From Nanobdellati archaeon (GTDB lineage Archaea > EX4484-52 > WAPT01): 42,936 nt of DNA. Each line of letters begins with the position of its first letter. Position 1 is the first letter of the stretch. Made by a program: the position numbers and the translations under genes. The notes beneath the pieces were generated by a model, which was not told where the DNA came from, searched no databases, and saw nothing but the letters and a program-made list of their open reading frames with translations. Positions 37,936 through 42,936 of the stretch are shown here, one piece after another. The stretch lies in the NCBI GenBank assembly GCA_015520605.1, contig WAPT01000022.1:1-42936 (forward strand), given 5' to 3'.

Positions 37936-39882
37936 CTAAACTTTCCTGCCGATTATCTCTCCGCCACCCGGAGGAAGTTTCTGGACGACATCGTCCGGCT
38001 TGAGGGATTCCAGCAGTTCCCTTTCCTCCTCACTTGCCATCTTCTGCAGAATCCTTAAGAGACTTGACGCGAGCTCTTTGGGTTTCGTTGTGCCCGGCTT
38101 TATAATAACATATTTACCTGTTCTTGCTTTAACCGATTCAACGGGCCACACCACAACCTCGTTATTAAACAAAGCAACCGCAAGTGAAATCTCCGTTTTG
38201 AGCCAGTTACGCTCGCCGTAGATCATGAAGGCTCCCTTCCCCATGTACTCTCCAGCAGGAGTCTTCTTGCTAACCTGCTCCGGCCTGACAAAGAAGACCT
38301 GAAGCGCTGTTATTCCCTCCTTCCATGCCCTGGAGAAGGAAGCAACGAACTGTGCCATCTCCCTTAAATCGGATAGCTCCGCTTTCTCAATCCCTCCCTT
38401 CAAAAGACCAAATGGAGCTCCCTTGTAGTCCGCATGGAAAACCCAGTCATCTTTCTCAGCGTACTTCTTAATGAGTATTTCGTTGGTTGTTGCATCCCTA
38501 CCGCATACACCCAGCAGTCCGGAAGATGTTATGAACCACCTGAACTTCTCGTACCATTTTTTCTTTTTCTTTTCTTTCCTGACTATCACTTTTTTCTCCA
38601 CCTCTTTTTCCATCTCCTCCTCCTTCTTTCTGGCCTCCTCCAGCTTCCTCTTAGTCTCCTCAATCTGCTTCAGAAGCGTTTCAACTTTCTTTCTCATCCT
38701 CTTCGCTTCCTCAAACTGCATAGCAGCATTGTCATGGATATCTCTGTCTACTCTCAGTTTTATTTCAATGCCATCAACTTCCACCACCACTTCCTTCTCT
38801 TTTTCGTTTGCCCGCTTAACATACGGCAAATGCAGGAGTTCATGAAAGCTGAGGTCTCTCGCTTTGTTCAGAAACGTCTCGAACTTGTCGTAGTGCTCAT
38901 AAATCTTCTCGCCCGCTTTCCTGAGCTTTTCCTCCATCTCCTTATATTTTTCAAGTGCTTGCATCTGCATTTCCAATCTGTGCTCAAGCCTCTCAACGAT
39001 AGTATACCTGCTCTTTCCATCCCTCTTTGCCTCTTCTACCTCCTCTTTCTTTAGCATCTCTACAAAGTAGTCATTTATCGCGTCGTTAAAGCTCTCATAA
39101 GGTTTGGATTTTCTACCCCTGTAGACTTCAAGCATGAAGGGCACAACATCATCAAATCCCCTTCCGTCGGGTGTTAAAATTATAGCTGGTGCTGGCTCTC
39201 TCTCAAGAAGGCTTCTTGCAGCTTTCAGAAGTTGAGATGCGTCCTCTCTTGTTACTTCGCCACACTTCTTGTTTTTGTCCACACCCGCGATAAGGCACGT
39301 TTCCTCAGCATAAACCCCGCTTAACCATACTCTCTGTGCTAAGAAAACCACAACTTTCTTTTCAGCCTCTTTCCTCATCTCTTGAAGGAGCTGTTCCGCA
39401 TCAACCCTTCTCGGGTCCACAGGCGGGGAGGGCGGCACGTATCCTTTATGTATCCTCAGCTCTCTGAACTGAAGGTTTTTCTTTATCAGACAGCTCCATA
39501 TTATGTTCTTTTCGTTGTCCACAAAGTAGACGTTTGGTTTGGGTAGAAGCTCGGCTATGATTGTGTGGTCTTCAGTTTTCAGCATGATTATCCTGTCAAA
39601 TCCGAGCTGCGAGAACTCCACAACTCTCTTATTTCTCATGTACTTTCTCAGGAGCATGGCAAAGTTCGACGGCCTTTCCGGCCTGGGGATCTTGTAGTTG
39701 AGGAGCGCAACAAAATTCCCACCAATCAGCAGTTCTTCCGTACCTTCCCCACTTTTGTACAGCTGGATAAGGATCTTATCCTCATCCACCTGATAAACCT
39801 TGCGGATAAGCGCTCCTTCAACCTTGGGCCTTATCTCCTTTAGAAGGTAATGGATATCAAGAGCTGTGAGCTGCGTCTTCAT
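37936..39882 (-). CDS. rqcH: Ribosome quality control factor Rqc2/NEMF (NFACT)
   Basis: FAMLLRKY, FDRI, WYEKFRWF, GRDATTNE, FHAD, GEYMGKGAFMIYG. Confidence 0.93.
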   Translation of the reverse strand: MKTQLTALDIHYLLKEIRPKVEGALIRKVYQVDEDKILIQLYKSGEGTEELLIGGNFVALLNYKIPRPERPSNFAMLLRKYMRNKRVVEFSQLGFDRIIMLKTEDHTIIAELLPKPNVYFVDNEKNIIWSCLIKKNLQFRELRIHKGYVPPSPPVDPRRVDAEQLLQEMRKEAEKKVVVFLAQRVWLSGVYAEETCLIAGVDKNKKCGEVTREDASQLLKAARSLLEREPAPAIILTPDGRGFDDVVPFMLEVYRGRKSKPYESFNDAINDYFVEMLKKEEVEEAKRDGKSRYTIVERLEHRLEMQMQALEKYKEMEEKLRKAGEKIYEHYDKFETFLNKARDLSFHELLHLPYVKRANEKEKEVVVEVDGIEIKLRVDRDIHDNAAMQFEEAKRMRKKVETLLKQIEETKRKLEEARKKEEEMEKEVEKKVIVRKEKKKKKWYEKFRWFITSSGLLGVCGRDATTNEILIKKYAEKDDWVFHADYKGAPFGLLKGGIEKAELSDLREMAQFVASFSRAWKEGITALQVFFVRPEQVSKKTPAGEYMGKGAFMIYGERNWLKTEISLAVALFNNEVVVWPVESVKARTGKYVIIKPGTTKPKELASSLLRILQKMASEEERELLESLKPDDVVQKLPPGGGEIIGRKV

Positions 39883-40082
39883 ACTTTAAAGTGGTTTGGC
39901 AGAGAAGCTTAAAAAAGTACAGCTGCTCGTCGCAGGTTTTTCCAAACTAGAGCAATGTTTATCGGTTTTGAAAATGGGAAAAATTCTTAAAAATCATTTT
40001 TCTTTAACCATAAAAAGGTGGTAAATAATATGAAGATGGCAGAGGTGGTAGAAGGAAAGGTAATAAAATTGGGTGCGGAGAT

Positions 40083-40874
40083 ATGGTTCTGAACCGTCTC
40101 CTTGAAGAAGCCACATACCGGTTGATCATAAGAGGTTCGTACAGCGAGGATCATAAAGCTGCTGTGGAGAAACTCAAAAATTTCATTCGGGTGGGTTCAC
40201 ATCTCAGTATACTTGCTACCGATAGGGAGATTATTAGAAAGGCGGTGCAGAAAAGAAAACTCGATGGTATACTCTATCGCGTGTGGGAAGATAATGGAAT
40301 TGAGGATTGCGATAGTTTTCTTGAGGAATACTCTAACGAAATCGAGAACAAATTCTCTGAGCTTATGAGGACTCTGGACCGAAAATTGAACATCAGGATG
40401 GATGTTGTAAACCTGAGTTACAAAGACCTTCAGACTGATGCGCATGAAGCTCTGAAATGCTATGATCCCTCCAGCCCCACACTTACACCCCAGAAGATCC
40501 AGGAGTTGCATGAAAAAATCGAACAGTATGTTGAAAAGTGGTGCGATAATCGCCTTTTAGAAAAGCACAAAAGAAGGGATGTTGTGAAGATCGTGAGCTT
40601 CGAGACACAGTCAATTAGTGGTTTGGGGAGTAGCGTGTCAAGAAGAAAGAGACATAAAGTAATAATGGATTACTGCGTATGCTTCATTCCGTATAGGGAC
40701 TGGGAAGTTGAACATTACTCACACGAAACAGGACATAAACTGGGACTGATGCATGTTGAAGATCCTTACGATATTATGTACCCTGTGATGACGGGATGTT
40801 ATTGGTTTATATCCCGAAGGTTTAGGGAGGGGTCAAGACTTCAGTGGAAGATCATAAAAGAGGTTTATTCCTGA
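40083..40874 (+). CDS. Metzincin-like (matrixin-type) Zn metalloprotease without signal peptide
   Basis: HETGHKLGLMH followed by Met-turn DIMYP. Confidence 0.75.
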   Translation: MVLNRLLEEATYRLIIRGSYSEDHKAAVEKLKNFIRVGSHLSILATDREIIRKAVQKRKLDGILYRVWEDNGIEDCDSFLEEYSNEIENKFSELMRTLDRKLNIRMDVVNLSYKDLQTDAHEALKCYDPSSPTLTPQKIQELHEKIEQYVEKWCDNRLLEKHKRRDVVKIVSFETQSISGLGSSVSRRKRHKVIMDYCVCFIPYRDWEVEHYSHETGHKLGLMHVEDPYDIMYPVMTGCYWFISRRFREGSRLQWKIIKEVYS

Positions 40875-41449
40875 TCCTTTACTTCTTCATCCTCCACTTT
40901 TTCCTTCATTTCCTCAGACATCCCTTCCCTTTCAGTCTCTTTTAAATTTTCCACCTTAAGATTGAGCCTTTCAAAATACCTCTTAAGCTCCGTCTCACTT
41001 TTAACGTTGAAGTACTTCAGAAGCTTCTTTGTTATCCTCAACTCCTTTGTGTGTCCTTTGGGTTTGGCTGTGACGAACCCCCTCTTTATAAGCTCATCTA
41101 TTTGCTCGTAAGCCCTGTTGCCCCGCACTTCAACAACCTCGATCTGCTTCACGGGACTCCTGTAAGCTATGTAAGCAAGAGTTTTTAGAGTGCCGGGGGA
41201 GAAGTCCTTCTCGGGCAGGAGGGATTCAACATAAGGAAGATACTCATTTCTTACGTGCATCTCGTAAACTTCCGGAGCAGATTCTTTAATCGTTATGGAC
41301 GTTGAAGCATACCTTTCCACGAGAAATTCAATAGATTTTTTGATTTCGTCTTTTTTCAGCTTTGTTATCTTCTTTATTTCGTCTATTGCGAGTGGTCTTC
41401 CTGCAATAAACAGAACTGCCTCGACAATGTTTGCTTTTTTTTCATCCAT
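40865..41449 (-). CDS. scpB: Segregation/condensation protein B
   Basis: VEAVLF, LKTLAYIAYRSPV, VRG; tandem wHTH. Confidence 0.92.
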   Translation of the reverse strand: MDEKKANIVEAVLFIAGRPLAIDEIKKITKLKKDEIKKSIEFLVERYASTSITIKESAPEVYEMHVRNEYLPYVESLLPEKDFSPGTLKTLAYIAYRSPVKQIEVVEVRGNRAYEQIDELIKRGFVTAKPKGHTKELRITKKLLKYFNVKSETELKRYFERLNLKVENLKETEREGMSEEMKEKVEDEEVKDQE

Positions 41450-41455
41450 GAAGAA

Positions 41456-42181
41456 TTAGTTATCGCGCGCCTTTATTAATATTTCACCGAACATAACCGG
41501 CTGCTCGCATACAACTTTCTTATCCCTCATAAGATGAAGAAGGTATGTAAAGTACCTTATTATCTCCTCTTTAGGTTTATCTTTCACAAGCTCCGAGAAG
41601 AACACCACACCCGCAGGAAAGAGCATCTGGAGGATTTTTTCATAGAGCTTTTCTATCTGCTCCGTGAAGTCCCTCTGGTTAAGATCTAAGGTTATGATCC
41701 TCCTCAGTTCCCTCCTTTTCTTCACCTTCATTGCTTTGTTCAGGGCTTCGACCAGCTCTTCAAGAGTTATTCTACGCTTTACCTCCCTCCTTATCGGAAG
41801 CCTTATCGGTGGGAGCATTACTGGCTGCATGCCATTCCCTTCTTGTTCCCGCTCCATCTCTTTCTGCTCCTCCTGAGAGGTGTGTGTTGTCTCCTCTTCG
41901 CAGCCCATAAGAGCTTCGCACTTCATCCTGTAGATTATGCTTGCCGCCAGAATTATTCTTGCGGGAATGCGAAGATTCTCTTCCCTAATTTTGCGTAGAA
42001 GCACCGTGAATCTGTCGCTCAGCTTCACTATATCTATATTCCACGGATCCATGTCCTGTACTAACATTATCAGTACCTGTTCCCAGTCATCATAGAGCAC
42101 AGCGTTTATCAGCTCATCCTCATAGTCCTTCTCACCGCTCGGAAAGCTCACCCCCCCATCTTCCGCAATCATTTCCGGCAT
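41456..42181 (-). CDS. scpA: Kleisin ScpA
   Basis: MDPWNIDI, ILAASIIYRMK, ITLEELVEAL, C-terminal LLHL..QPVMFGEI. Confidence 0.92.
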   Translation of the reverse strand: MPEMIAEDGGVSFPSGEKDYEDELINAVLYDDWEQVLIMLVQDMDPWNIDIVKLSDRFTVLLRKIREENLRIPARIILAASIIYRMKCEALMGCEEETTHTSQEEQKEMEREQEGNGMQPVMLPPIRLPIRREVKRRITLEELVEALNKAMKVKKRRELRRIITLDLNQRDFTEQIEKLYEKILQMLFPAGVVFFSELVKDKPKEEIIRYFTYLLHLMRDKKVVCEQPVMFGEILIKARDN

Positions 42182-42199
42182 GCTGAACTACCCTCTTAT

Positions 42200-42403
42200 T
42201 CAGACCCACCAGACCACTCTCTTTCGCATGCCTATCCTTGGAGTTTCTGTCCTCCTCTTCACCCTGCCATCGGCTTTAAGTCTGTATAGGTGCATGTTTG
42301 CTGTGCTCCAGCTGATGCCTAACTCCTTTGCTATTTCGTAGGTAGAGAGTGGTCCTTTTTTGGAAAGCAACTTCAACAGCTCCTCATCCACAGATCTAGG
42401 CAT
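42200..42403 (-). CDS. Small winged-HTH DNA-binding protein
   Basis: LSTYEIAKELGISWSTANMHLYRLKADGRV; 18 nt upstream of scpA. Confidence 0.85.
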   Translation of the reverse strand: MPRSVDEELLKLLSKKGPLSTYEIAKELGISWSTANMHLYRLKADGRVKRRTETPRIGMRKRVVWWV

Positions 42404-42428
42404 GTTTTATCCCCCTTACTGGTCATCT

Positions 42429-42449
42429 CCGCCTGACAGAATCAGGCGG
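42429..42449. promoter_or_regulatory. GC-rich 8-bp hairpin/palindrome upstream of the wHTH-scpA-scpB operon
   Basis: CCGCCTGA-cagaa-TCAGGCGG. Confidence 0.45.
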
Positions 42450-42717
42450 GTAAGAGCTAATGTAAATTTCCTCCTTTAAAAGGTTTTTTATAGTGGATTT
42501 TTTATATTGGGGAAATTAAAAAGATAATGCGATACTATTATGTTGAGATAATACGAGCTCGAGGTGCACTAACTCCCAAAGTACGGAAAACAATACTGGA
42601 ATTTTTTAACTCAAGATCATTTTTAATCGGGAAGAAGTTTTGCAGACATCTTGTCCAATTGAAAAATATTATGAAGCCCATTGATTTTGTAGATTTTAAG
42701 ACGAAAATATGATACTG

Positions 42718-42936
42718 CTTTCAATCCCACCATGATCTGATTCTAACTACAATCTCAACAAAAGCAAGTAAATTGGAAGTGTTCTTTCAATCCCACCATG
42801 ATCTGATTCTAACATCGAGACGAAGGTTCGCAAAAGCAAGGATGGCAAGCTTTCAATCCCACCATGATCTGATTCTAACATATCGGGTCATCCTGATTAT
42901 GACGCAATAGGGAAAGCTTTCAATCCCACCATGATC
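42718..42936 (-). CRISPR. CRISPR array (runs off the window); 30-bp repeat GTTAGAATCAGATCATGGTGGGATTGAAAG on the minus strand
   Basis: Identical repeats at 42718, 42784, 42850 and a partial one at 42917; spacers of 36, 36 and 37 bp; orientation inferred from the ATTGAAAG 3' end. Confidence 0.96.

Noticed and set aside
42527-42712. 61-aa ORF or CRISPR leader next to the array
   Set aside because: No cas motif; repeat orientation suggests this is the trailer side, so neither call is supported
42748-42849. Shared CAAAAGCAAG 10-mer in spacers 1 and 2; self-targeting
   Set aside because: A-rich word with unrelated flanks; no full spacer match noticed elsewhere in the window by eye

Overview
Archaeal chromosomal segment, probably from a DPANN-like lineage (inferred from the form III-type RuBisCO, the Cys-rich giant surface protein and GGTG-type RBS motifs). 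Housekeeping genes dominate: SRP54, prefoldin-alpha/Nudix/FtsY, glmS, the proteasome-exosome superoperon (psmA, SBDS, rrp4/41/42, rpl37ae, rpoP, pcc1, pfdB, DHH), rnhB, pyrG, an RPA-like OB protein, PCNA, a site-2 protease, Rqc2/NEMF and scpAB. A CRISPR array starts at the right edge, with no cas genes in the window. Unusual features: (1) tRNA-Arg(UCG) and tRNA-Pro(UGG) carry BHB-type introns at non-canonical sites (D-loop 20a/21, T-loop 59/60) and the two introns share a 10-nt core; (2) a 2481-aa surface protein looks like two anchored proteins joined by an internal signal peptide; (3) an intact 777-aa PEP-synthase homolog has lost its canonical catalytic motifs; (4) the RuBisCO has a C-terminal extension and a coupled 37-aa ORF; (5) a decayed island holds a SIR2-family relic and IS relics upstream of psmA. 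All calls come from reading motifs by eye; no database searches were run.
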